Source of the DNA: Penicillus capitatus
Lineage: Eukaryota; Plantae; Chlorophyta
Direction: 5' to 3'
DNA: 64,000 nucleotides
Assembly (NCBI GenBank): GCA_965649825.1
Contig: OZ287696.1
Location: 663,101 to 727,100, forward strand
Shown: positions 36,055-48,052 of the stretch, piece after piece
How the letters are laid out: each line of letters starts with the position of its first letter
Position numbering within the stretch: position 1 is the first letter of the stretch
Notes under the pieces: generated by a model
Databases searched by the model: none
What the model was told of the DNA's origin: nothing
The model's input: only the letters and a program-made list of their open reading frames with translations
Program-made: the position numbers and the translations under genes

Positions 36055-36126
36055 ACTAAAGTAAACAAGAACGGGCCGCGCACCGGCATCTCCCTTCGGA
36101 GCACACGTCCTGTCACGGTGAGGAGG

Positions 36127-37731
36127 ATGGCTCACCGTCGAGTGCGTTTTCTTGCGACACTGTTGAGGCGCTGCAGCAATCTACAGAGAACTTCAACGAG
36201 ATTTTTGTGGACGTGGGAGACGCCTGTCTGTGTCGAGAAGAGCGTCGCCGGAATAAGATGCGAAATACGACCGCGGTTTGACGCGCGAAGCGTCTCGTCG
36301 GTCTCGCCTCAGGAGACTTTCGAATCTCATGCGCCGTACCTGTACAAAATCCGGATCATTACCGGAAACGTACGCGGCGCAGGGACCATGGCGAGCATTC
36401 GACTGCAGCTCATCGGCACTCGAGGCGAGAGCGACGTCGTGATGGTTTCGAAAGACAACGGATTTCCACAAGGATCCGTCGAAACAGCCGTTTTGTCAAT
36501 CTCTACTGACATCGGGGCGCTGCGCATGGTCCGAGTCGAACGGGACGACACGGACGGGACAGTCTCAGACGAGAGCTGGTTCCTAGAGAAATTGTTGATT
36601 GATGAGCCGACGGGATCACAGTTGTGTTTTCCCTGCATGCAATGGTTTGGGTTGAGCTCATGTGGCGTCATTACAGGTAGGCACACAAGACATTTGCGCT
36701 CGAGCTCCTTTTTCCTGTCAGACCGATGTGATATCTAGCTCCAAAAATGCGCCATCTACTGCCACAAAGCTTCCGGACAACGGAATGGATACACACGAAG
36801 CAGCACAAAGTGAAGATCAAGGCATCCGGAATGGTCATCCCTCATCCAGAGAAGGTTCAAGAAGGAATGAAAGCGGTCAACCGCAATGGAAGAGGACTGG
36901 GAGGGGAAGATGCATTTTTCTACGTGTTTGGCAAGTACGCCCATCCCCATTTGTGCCTCTGCTTCCATCTCATGCTGTCCGCCATGTGAAGAAACGAGGT
37001 CTTTGGTATGGGAGTTGCCGATGGCGTTTATTCTTGGCGCAAGCGTGGTATCGATCCTGGACGTTTTGCATACTACTTGATGGAACAGGCATACATTAAC
37101 ATTAAGAATGGCTACGATGATGTCTTTCGAGGTATGTCTTGACCGTAAGTGGTCGGTCTCTTTGAGTGTGGCTGTGTTCTCTTGATGAGTGCTACATACC
37201 GCTTCGCGCAAAATGGAAGCAGAAGGTGTTTATGGTAGCAGCACCTGTTGTCTGTTGACGATCAACATGAATAATGGACGATTGAATAGTGTCCTCTTGG
37301 GCGATTCGGGATTCATTGTGGTAGGAAGGCGCGATTATCATCCGGAGACGCATCTTGTGTTCCGCACACCGCAGCAGGAGCATGAATTTGGTCGTCCCTT
37401 TCAACTAGGACATCATGAACATGCCAGCAAACCGACCGATGCCATCATGGACAGCTTTCAGATATTCCCTGGCGATACTGTCGTGATGGGCACCGATGGT
37501 TTGTTTGACAACTTATTTCTACCCGCAATTATTCAGCAAGTGGAGCATCACAGAGAGAACGGAAAACCGCCTCAAGTGCTGGTCGGAAAGCTGATTGAGA
37601 TGGCGCATGACATTTCTATGGACAAGACAGTAGAGACTCCCTATTCTCTTGGATTCACCGAAGCTCTTAATTTGTCGAGCAGTGGTGGCAAACCAGATGA
37701 TATCACCGTCACTGTTGCATACATCGCATGA
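36127..37731 (+). CDS. PLAT/LH2 domain + PTC7-type PP2C phosphatase, organelle-targeting-like N-terminus
   Basis: PLAT: YKIRIITGNVRGAGTMASIRLQLIG...WFLEKLLI...CFPCMQWF. PP2C: GGEDAFF, GVADGVYSW, GSSTCC, LGDSGF, PFQLG, GTDGLFDN, GGKPDDITV*. Confidence 0.9.
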
Positions 37732-37742
37732 CCCGTTCTCGA

Positions 37743-38264
37743 TTAAATGCAAGAACAGGGTATCAAACATTGTGATTCGTTCGCGGGGGTATGGTGTTGA
37801 GAGCAGAACGCACGCTGCTGTTTTCTCTTGTGAAATGCCTTAGACACATTCACCTTCATCTCGGACCGTATCCAGCACACCCAATGCCTTCCCATTCGGT
37901 ACCGCAGCCGCCGTCCAAGAAAGCGGCATCGATGGACGCGTCGTCCTGATGACATAGGATCATGGACAGCGAAAGAGGAAATGGATTTTACCGCTAGTGT
38001 CGTTGCATCGGCATAGTGATTGTAAGTCGTTGCTTGTTTGGCTTTCTTCTGCGCTGGCGGTGCTTGAGTCGTCATCGAGAGATTGGGCCTTTTGGATTGA
38101 GTCGCTGTCCGCTGCGTTCGCTCCACCAGTGGCGGTGCGTTTGATATCGTTTTCGAGGACGAGCCAAGGGGTTTGGTGGAGTGTCGCTGTCGTCTCTCTA
38201 GAGTTTCTTTCCACAGCACTTCGATCTGCGATGCTGAGTAATAGACGTTTGCGTTCTGAGCCAT
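37743..38264 (-). CDS. Hypothetical protein
   Basis: Open frame from MAQNANVYY; no recognisable domain; exon structure unresolved. Confidence 0.3.
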   Translation of the reverse strand: MAQNANVYYSASQIEVLWKETLERRQRHSTKPLGSSSKTISNAPPLVERTQRTATQSKRPNLSMTTQAPPAQKKAKQATTYNHYADATTLAVKSISSFAVHDPMSSGRRVHRCRFLGRRLRYRMGRHWVCWIRSEMKVNVSKAFHKRKQQRAFCSQHHTPANESQCLIPCSCI

Positions 38265-39120
38265 ATTCGTTCGATCAATGTGTTCGTCGACGGATTTCGA
38301 CAGCACACTGTCCGACATGCATTCCGTCCACGTCAAAGGTCCATGGGCTTATTACGAACATCGACACCTCCAGCAAAGGCGCGAACTGGAAATTGTGCAA
38401 TCAGAGGTTGGCGAAACACCATCCCTTCTTCTTGAATGTGCCTGATGCCGTCGCACAGAAAAACAATCTCGAGACGCAACTCCACGAACAGATTGAAGAA
38501 GTCAAACAGCTGAGGAAACAACTTGACGAAGAGAGAAAGCGATCCGAGGTCGCCAATGCGCAGCTTGTAGAAATTCAGCGTGATCAGGATGCATCACGAA
38601 ATCAGTCAGAGCAAGATAGAGCAGAGAATGCCAAGTGTGTCATCTGTTTGAGTGGTTATCGACGTTTTGCGTTCAGTATGCTAGAGGATGTTCGTCGCCG
38701 TCTGAGAATCGTCTGTAAAGAACGCGATGGACTGAAGGAGCAGAATACCGTTATGCGTCGCGAGATCAAACAGCACTTCGCGATCAAGACATCCGCGATT
38801 GAGAAGATGGAAAAGCTCAAGTGTCATATCGGCCTCACGTCGTCCGAAAGCGAATCCCTTTGCCAGGTCATTCTGTGATGATCCCTTCTTCGTCAAACAT
38901 CGCCGTTCAGGAAATGGACGCCATCAAGGCACAACACAGTGAGATGATGCTGGCGAATGAGCATCTAGTGTCGGAGAATGCATTGCTCAGGAGCCAATGC
39001 GAAGAACATACAAAACACTGTCTTCTGCTGATTCAGGAGAACAAACGCCTAATGGAGATGTCGGGATCTATCTCGATAGAAGAGAATTGCGTAGTTGAGG
39101 GATCCAGAAACGAGCATTGA
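38231..39120 (+). CDS. Hypothetical coiled-coil protein, multi-exon
   Basis: Heptad-rich segments (NNLETQLHEQIEEVKQLRKQLDEERKR; EMDAIKAQHSEMMLANEHLVSENALLRSQ) separated by plausible short introns. Start uncertain. Confidence 0.45.
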
Positions 39121-40683
39121 TCCTTAGATTCGTATGAAAGATGCCCTCGTGTTCTTTCCGAAAAGGAGATATATATAAATCAATTTACAAACCTCGTGTG
39201 CCAGTGGCATGTGAGGTGAGGTGTTTAACATGGGGTGCAATCAATCAGAAACATGGGTGAGTCCCCCCGAAAAGGAGATGTAAAAGCCATTAAACCAAAA
39301 AACATACGCGGTAGTGTAGCCGGTCGGGCCGGGTGGCGAGAGCGCTATTATAGGAAAGGTTTGTAACTGTCCGGAGCAAGTTAAAGTTTGGCCCAAATTT
39401 AATGTTAAATACCCGCCTCGTCACGTGACCTCTTAGACGGTCAAGTCGGCAGAATCTTAGAACCAGCAAACGTGTCCCTCCTCCACGCGCGAGACCACCT
39501 ATTCTGAGGCAACCCCTAGGCACATTATTGGCTACCAGAAAACGTCAACAGGCTGATCGAATCGTTTTCATGGAATTGGTCTCTTGTTCCTTTATAACGT
39601 TTTTGTTTTTCTCCGAGAAGATATGTCTTTAGAATTAACACGGTCTTTCATCTTTATGCCAGCCGGTTCTCCTTCTTCGCGAGGTTGACAATACTTCGCG
39701 GCCGCTGATGTCTCCAGTGTGTTACATCTACATCTGAAAAAGAGGGTTACTCACCTGGTTACTACGATCTCTAGTTGTAATATCGTTCCCGTTAGCGTGT
39801 GTTTCTTCGACGAGAGCGCGATACAGTGAAAGCATTAAATATGCACGAGATCTTTCGAATTCTATTCAGCTATTTCTACCAACCGCATATCAGAGCAGAA
39901 AAAGTAAAGGCTGTGTCAATCGCAACATTGATCTGAAGAACGCTGCTTTGATGTATGTCTACCGTTCGAAGACTTTAACTCCTCTAAAAACAGAGACTTA
40001 ATGTCTAGGTAGCAATGAGGCCCAAAACCACAAAAGCGAAGAATACCTTTGCTGGGCTCGTAATGACAGATTCTGTTATCGAGCGCGCAAGAAAGCTGTA
40101 GATTTTTTGTTCGTCGCAGTGTGGTGATAAAGGAGCGGAAAAAACAAGGCGCTATTACTATATAAGAATTAAAATGGTAACGTTCAGTTCTTACAATGAG
40201 CAATATAGTGTTTGAACATAGTCGCTTATAGGATAAAACATATCAGCGGTCGCGGTTCCTTACAAAGAAGCCAATAAGGTCTTCGTATGTGATTGAACGG
40301 AGAGTTTCACACCGTTCCGAATGTCGACTCGCACAACATCACTATGAAGACATGTGCTTCTGAATCAGAGTTAAAAGCCTTTCCACCTTTAGCAGATAGG
40401 CATTGGACACAGATAATGCTTCTTCAGCATTTTGCTGTTCTAAACACGTAGGAGCCATCATCCAGAACTCCAATCAAGCGATCAAATTTACTTTTATACA
40501 ATGAAACCAGATACAAAGTTTCGAAATCGGAAGTTGTTAAATCGACACGGTCAACGACACAGAGTTCTCCTCACCAGCCTAAAAAACAAGTTCCACATGA
40601 CGTTCCAAAAAGTCCAACAGTGAAGAGTTACTCGTCATACATTGTATAATTGATCAAGAACGTCGCTTTCCGCTATTCTAGTA

Positions 40684-43600
40684 TCACGCTTTAAGGTGTG
40701 CCAACAATCCAGGAAAATTGCCATCGACCTCGTCATTCAACTGCCGAAAAAAACATTCAAGGTCATCTTTATCCCAAGTCCCAATATTTTCAGAATTTAT
40801 GTCATGCAATATAACAGAAATGTCACTTTCAGTAGAAATACTTAATGTACAAGGAGTCCTGATGAAAATAAAATAAAAGTCCCTTCTATGTAAAGACGAA
40901 AATAAGATTGCCGAAGGAATAACAACATTAAGGTTCATACCATCCAAAGTCGCTGTTGCGTATCGACGCACGTCGAAATCTTCGTCGCCGCAGCCCCTCA
41001 CCAGCATCGGCAAAACATCGCCGGTGAGCTGCGGCGCAGCACCGACGACCCGTCCGACGGCTGTAATCGCGTTCCCACGTACCCACGACTTTTCGTCGCT
41101 ACAGCCCCTCACCAGCATCGGCAGAAGGTCGCCGGCGAGCTGCGGTGATGACTCAACAACCCGTCCGACGGCTTGCATCGCATTATTACGTACCGACGAC
41201 ACTTCGTCGCTGCAGCCGCTCACCAGAATCGGCAAAAGGTCGCCGGCGAGCTGCGGCGCTGCATGGACGGCCTGTCCAACGGCTTCCATCGCATTCTCAC
41301 GTACCCACGACTCTCCGTCGCCGCAGCCCCTCACCAGCATCGGCAGAAGGTCGCCGGCGAGCTGCGGCGCTGCATGGACGGCCCGTCCGACGGCTTCCAT
41401 CGCATTCGCACGTACCGACAACTCTTCGTCGCCGCAGTACCTAACCAGCATCGGCAGAAGGTCGTCGGCTAGCTGCGGCGCTGCATGGACGGCCTGTCCA
41501 GCGGCTTCCATCGCTTTATAACTTACCGACAACGATTCGTCGCCGCAGTACCTAACCAGCATCGGCAGAAGGTCGCCGGCTAGCTGCGGCGCTGCATGGA
41601 CGGCCTCTCCAACGGCTTCCATCGCTTTATAACTTACCGACAACGATTCGTCGCCGCAGTACCTAACCAGCATCGGCAGAAGGTCGCCGGCTAGCTGCGG
41701 CGCTGCATGGACGGCCTCTCCAACGGCTTCTATCGCATTCTTACGTACCGACGACACTTCGTCGCTGCAGCCGCTCACCAGAATCGGCAAAAGGTCGCCG
41801 GCTAACTGCGGCGCTGACCCGACGACTTGTCCAACGTCTTTTATCGCATTCTTACGTACCGACAACGATTCGTCGCCGCAGCCCCTCACCAGCATCGGCA
41901 GAAGGTCGCCGGCGAGCTGCGGCGCCGCCTCGATGACCCATCCGGCGGCTTCCATCGCATTTGCACGTACCGACGGGTCTTCGTCGGCGTAGCCCCTCAG
42001 CAAAATCGGCAGAAGGTCGCCGGCGAGCTGCGGCGCCGCCTCGATGACTGGTCGAACGGCTTCAAACGCTTTCCAGCGTACCGATGGGTCTTCGTCGGCG
42101 CAGCCCCTCAGCAAAATCGGCAGAAGGTCGCTGGCGAGCTGCGGTATTTCACTAACAATGCATTTGAACCTCGTTATGCATTTTCTTGTATCGCACCACT
42201 CTTCGAATTTGTCCATCAGTTGCAAGAGCCATTGGTATATCTCACTCATGTGCTTTGGAGAATGCTTTGCAAGCTTCAGCACATTCTTGGTTTTGTCCTC
42301 TGTCTTCCATGTTAGCTTCTGTGATTTTGCCAACATTTGTTTTATGTCATCAGTGATATCATTCAGTATTGCAGGAAATTCCTCCAGGACACGACGGCAT
42401 TGGTCGAACTTTCCAACCACAACTTTACGAATTAGAACGTTGTCAATGGTGCTGACCAGGAGCTCGTGGGCGCCTTTTGCAATCTTGACTGCTTCTTTTT
42501 CTTTTACCAAAGTCTTTAGATCTGATTCGTCTGCCTCTTGTAGGGCCGCTTCAAGAACTTGCATTCTCAACAAAAAGTGCTGTATCCCCAGAACCTCAAC
42601 GGGTTCGTCGTCGACAATCGAAAGCATCTTTTTTAACGCGTGTTTGCCTAGGTCATGTGCAAATGCGTGCATCGCGAAGGATAGTGTCAGAGCGTGCTTC
42701 TGATTGTACTTTCCTTCTTGGATGAAATCCAGAGCTTTAGTTTCCTCATCCGATCCTCTCATTCGCAGGTTTTTCGCGATATGTCTTCCAGCAAAATACT
42801 CTTGAAACGTCAGGTGTGGAAACTGATACTGCCGACCCTCCAGCACGAGCAACAGGAGGCCGCTTTCTTTGAAAGTCCCAGCTGCGTCCGTAGACGTTGC
42901 ATACTCAGTAACGAGTCTTTGTGGGATGAGAATCAAACCATTCCGGAAAGTTTCGAAGGCGATTCTTTCCAGATCATCGAAGAGATCGCATCTCTTGACG
43001 TTCCTCGCCGCCGGCTTCTCCTTGAACCTCTTCCAGACGTAGTTTGCCATGTCTTTGTATATCTGAAAGATGCTCGCTCTCTTTCTTCGTTCTTCCGTTG
43101 CGGTGCCGTGGTCCTTGGACAAGGAACACAAGATGTGCGCCGTCACCGGAATGTGCGCCATCTCCCACATGGCAGTAGAGCTCTGGAGGGATTCGATAAG
43201 CTTCGGAGCTTGATCGTCTTTCAGTTCACTCTCTATGTAATCTCGCAACTGATCGTCATTGAATCCGAGACACTCCACTTGAACGTCGACACGTGTTTCT
43301 ATGTTTCTCATGTTGTATGGGCGAGAGAGGAACAAGACCTTGCACGAAAGCTTCCAGACAGTGGATACGATCTCCCTTGCGTTGTCATTCGCCTCGTCCA
43401 GTCCGTCGACCACGAGCAGCGTTGAAGGACTATCGAGGTCATCTTCTATTTGGAGGGCCAAGTCTTCGTACTCCGAAGTGCGTTTTCTCTTGGAGAAGCA
43501 AATTCGAGATATCGCTCCTTCGAGACTCGTCCACTGTTGTCCCTTGAACTCATCACTGTTCAAGACTCTCACCGGCACCACGTAAACGGCGTTGAACTCT

Positions 43601-45529
43601 CGTGCCATTTCTCTCAACGCCCATTTGTGCGCAACGACTTTTGTGATGCACGTCTTTCCGGATCCGGGATTTCCGTAGATGAGGACTCTTCGCACGTCGC
43701 TTTCCGGATCTCCGGGTTTGAGAGATCTTCGCTTGAACAAGTCGTCGAGAGCAATGGGCTTTGTGACCTTCGTCCTTTGTTCGTAGTATTCTTTGGCTTG
43801 ATCTCTTTCTTGGTCCGATGGCCTTCCCTCTCTCTCTTCCACTCCTTGGACAGCTTCGTCCGTACCATCTCCTGACTTGATTCCTCGCTCTTCTATGATT
43901 TCCTCGTAGATAACGACGTGGTGCTTCATGTCTTTGACGTGTTTGCGGGAACCGTCTTCGAACAAAGAAGCCACCTTCAAGAACAAGACTCTCGTTCACA
44001 CGACCTTGCCCCTTCAGGGATGTTACCGTTGCAAAATCATCTTTCAAATAGGTTCTTCTTAGGTCCTCTCTGTTCAAATTCATCACAGCCGGTGGAATAT
44101 ATCCCATGTCCCTCCCAATCTCGGTACACAAATCCTTGCGTTCCTTCTTTAATGCTTGCGAGATTTCTGTTCGAGGTCTGTCTTCCATGTCTTTTGTTTC
44201 CATCAACTCTGTTAATTCTTTTGAGGCACCACTCTTGCATGATTCGTACAAGACCCTAAGCGCTTCTTTGGTCTCTTCGTTGCATTCGGTCATTGCATCT
44301 ATCTCATGTACTACGTGTAAAAGGTCGACCAAGACATCGTCGTCATCAATCCATCCTTCGTCAACAGCTTGTCGCGCTACGAGTTCCGTTAACTTCAATG
44401 CGACGTCTCTGCGGACATGCTCAGGTGATCCCTTGTTCACAAGAACATCCAACTCTTGGATGATGCCGAATCTCAATGCCTTCAAGTCTTCTTTGTCTCT
44501 CGTCGTTCGTTGTTCCTCTATTGCTGCACGATATGCTAAGCCAAAATGCTCAAGATCCATTTCGGTTTTCGATGCAGCTAGCCTTGCGACCATCAGACTT
44601 CGAAACGAATCGAACCACGCTCTTTTCGATGCTCCCATGTCGACGAGATAGGCTCGGATTTTTCCGTACGCATCGGCAATGGCCGCGGGATCGATATCAC
44701 ATCTTGTTAGATTTCTGAAACAGTGGAAAACGTGGAGGAGTGCATACAGTCCACAAGCGACGCATCGCATTGCATGTGTGACATGTGACGGGGCGTCTCT
44801 GAGCTCGAGGCGTTCAACTGCCTGTCGGAGAGCCTTGAAATGGAATCTCACAGGGTAGTACTTGCACGAAAGCTCTAGTTCATTCTCCTTGGCCGCGATG
44901 GCCCGACGGAGATCTTGCTTTTCCTTTTCTTCGATGTCGTTGCGATTGGCCATGTGAAGCAGGAAGAAGGCTTGATGTAGTGCACGAAAGGTTGCTTCGT
45001 ACTGTGCAAAGTTTTTTCTCGTAAGCTTCGGCTGTGGCGATAGAGTGCCAAGAAGCTTCTTTGTCACGTTGACCAGCTCCGCAGTGCCGCCATACGAGGA
45101 GGGTTCGGTATGCGTAAGCGTCCTGCAGATGGCGATAGCCGTGTTCGGTTTGAGAAACTGTGTTTGGCGGAGACATGAGCAGAGGCCATCGACTAAATCC
45201 CCCAGAAGGTCGTCTTCGTGTGTGGAGCAGGACTTAATTTTGGACAATTCTGAGTACTCCAGAACGGACTCGAGTCTCAGACATTCTTCACTTCGTCTGC
45301 CATACTTGCGCAGCCATTTGAGGAGAACGGCCCGTTCGTCTTTATCCGTCGTCTTGTTATACGCGGCCACCAGCGACTTGGTGCTGTCGATGTTGTACTT
45401 CATCGCGACAGCACGCAGAAGTCTCGGGTCATCGCGCTGTCCGGCGTTTGAGCGCTCGGTAATGGGCCGACCTCCATTTCCCGATGCGGGGATTCCGACT
45501 TCACTGGGTCCTTCATCCGGTGTTTGCAT
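40684..45529 (-). CDS. NLR-like STAND protein: helical N-domain + NACHT + HEAT-repeat array, copy 2 (~1,597 aa)
   Basis: ORFs 43553-45559 and 40684-43986 are joined by the same 52-nt intron (43975-44026). Walker A GNPGSGKT, Walker B LLVVDGLDE, FPHLTFQEYFAG, then 10 x 37-aa HEAT repeats. Clearly paralogous to 10552-15571 over its whole length. Confidence 0.9.
40969..42078 (-). repeat. Coding tandem repeat, 10 x 111 bp (37-aa HEAT units) in NLR copy 2
   Basis: 111-bp periodicity (for example cggcagaag at 41341 and 41452); several units are near-identical in DNA. Confidence 0.93.
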
Positions 45530-48052
45530 ATTCGGTCGTAACCTGCACAGACTCGGCATAAGGTCGTCCCCGAACGAAACTTAAGAAGCCACTTGCCTTC
45601 GAACAGCAAAGTTCGCAGCAGATACAATGCGTTGGATATGCTCAATAACATCTAAGCTCAGATGATGGTGTTCGATATGATGCGTCTTCTCAGGTGCGGC
45701 TCGAGCGGCTGTCGAGCAGTTATCTGAGTACTTACTGCCGGAGAACAGTGTATATGCTCGAGTCCTCCGTTCTGACGTAGCCAGTTGCCTCAGGAGCGAA
45801 TCACTGCTGATACCGAAGAGAGAAACAGGATCTGTGTTGGTGACAGATCTGTTTCGTTTATATCACAATGACCAGCACGATAGCGAGCAACAATTGACAG
45901 TGGACGGCATTAAGTAAGAACTCTGACGATTGTCTGGGGGTCACAGAAAACATGTTGGACGGAGAAGGCTTCCAGGGAGTGAGGTCGATCGCATTAAGGT
46001 GATTTTAAGGGTTTTCTGCTTTGGATATCAATGACGTTTGTGGTCTTTTGAAATTGTTAACAGGGCTTCAAGCACACTCGTGATATGAACCATCGCTTCA
46101 GTATTAGACTGTTTCTGCTTCTTGCTTGTCGTTCTGCATTCGCAGACCATCGTTACGGACTGCATGCATTTCAAAGGCGCAAAGCCGTTGTCTTTGCCCT
46201 CCGGATTCTAAATGGCAGCATGGGCGATATGTTTGGCAATCTCTTTGCAATAATGATCTTTCAGGAATTAGAACAGCCATACTTTGCATGAATGGCAGGA
46301 TGTGATGATCACTCGCTTTGCCTATCTGAGTAGAGCTACTAGCCGGCTAAACATTTATGTTGCATGCAATCGCGGAAACGAGGAAATCCCTTCCAAACTC
46401 CAAGGGACCGCCCAAAAAGAAGAACACATTCTTTTCAGAGAGGTGAAGTGTAATGATGGCAGAGTCTGTGCCTCGCATCGCGGTCTCACGTCCAGACTGC
46501 AGTCTTGACGATTTCTCAGATTCCGTCGATGTAATTTTATTCTGCAAGACATCATTGGATTTATCTTTTGCTAGCGGTTGCTTTGTTTGTGGCACTTATC
46601 TGCAGCTTCTTTCCGGGGAGTGATGCTGGCTTCAGTACACTTACTGGGTGGCGATTGATGCTGGAAAGCCGACAGCCGGCAGCCGGCGACAAAGCATCAT
46701 TTTTCTACGACAGTACAAGACATCGAAGCTATTTATTTAGTGTCACGTTCAGTACTTCTTCCGTGCTGCCTATATTCAGAGGACTGTTCCAATGCAACGT
46801 CAAAATCGCACATCCAGGTAGCACTTTGGGTGTTGTAGTTCCTCTCAGGAGGTATAGGATTAACCTGGACGATCCTTTCTGCCTGTAACCGTCCCATATT
46901 TGCTGAAATTGCTCATCCCAAAACACAGAACCCCACCTATTTGTTAAGCTGATGTCTGAGGGACGCTCCGGCATCTCTCATGTTGCGTCTCTTCAGAGGA
47001 CCGAGTGCAGAATACATCTGGGACTTTAAAGACGAAGCGATATCCACAGATGACGGAGCAGAGAATCAAAAAAAAACCTAAAGCATGAGCGCAAGCACTT
47101 ATCTGGTTTCCCTTGGACACTCTGTATGCCTCTCTTCTAGGCTGGATGCATTTTGCCTACCATAAAGAGAGACGTCATCAGAACGTCGATACGGACGTCG
47201 AGTGGTTTCTTGGACGATTCACATAATTCCATCCTTGTAGCTACCTTGGGTGATCACACCAAGTCTCGACAGCTGATGAGGTTCGCCGCGAACGTTCCGG
47301 CGATCTCAAAGAATGGCACCCATCATGCAATGATGACCTCGATAGCAGTCGGCACTCGAATCTGTAGTTTCTCTCGTCCACATAGTCGAGCTTTCTGTCA
47401 GGTTTCGATAACGCAGCAGCGGCAAAGGGAGACAGAGCATCCAAGACAGAGCAGATAACGCGTATGTTCGAGTCCGATAATAGCCCATTTCTCGTTGCCG
47501 AGGTACACTATACGACGCCACATTATTCTCTACCTTTGCGACATTGTCTCGACGCAACTTCCAGTCGTGGGAGACGATTTCTTTGCGCTTTTCTCGTATC
47601 CTTATCATTCCCATCGATTCTTAGCGTCAGCCATGGCAGTCATGCTCATTGAGAGAACCAGCAATGTCTCTTTTTCCAAGGATGGAGCTTTGGTCAAATG
47701 CTTATTCTTCAACCGCCACCACCGCTTCCCAAAAAAGAAGCATCTCCCTTGTCGGACACTCTTACGAGAAGTATAGCAGTGGTCAACAGCTTCGAAGAAA
47801 GTGACAGCGGCGAAGAAAAGGTGATAAAAATGCTGAGAGATGGGATGTTCAGAGGGGTGTCGTTTTCAGTGACGCGAAAAGCAATTTATTTGCGCATGCG
47901 TTGGTTGCGTTCAATTTGAGCGTTTACGCACGAGTGCTCGAATTGAACGTCTCGAAGTTGACCTTCGTCGGTTGATTGTTTTCTCTTTCGCTTCGTCGCC
48001 CGACGAGAACGTTTTTGTTTTGATCCCTCGCGACCTTTTATTGAGCGCAGAT

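Noticed and set aside
46085-47920. Cluster of short ORFs between NLR2 and the P4-ATPase, one with a signal-peptide-like start
   Set aside because: No consistent exon chain or domain could be built; a gene may exist but cannot be supported.
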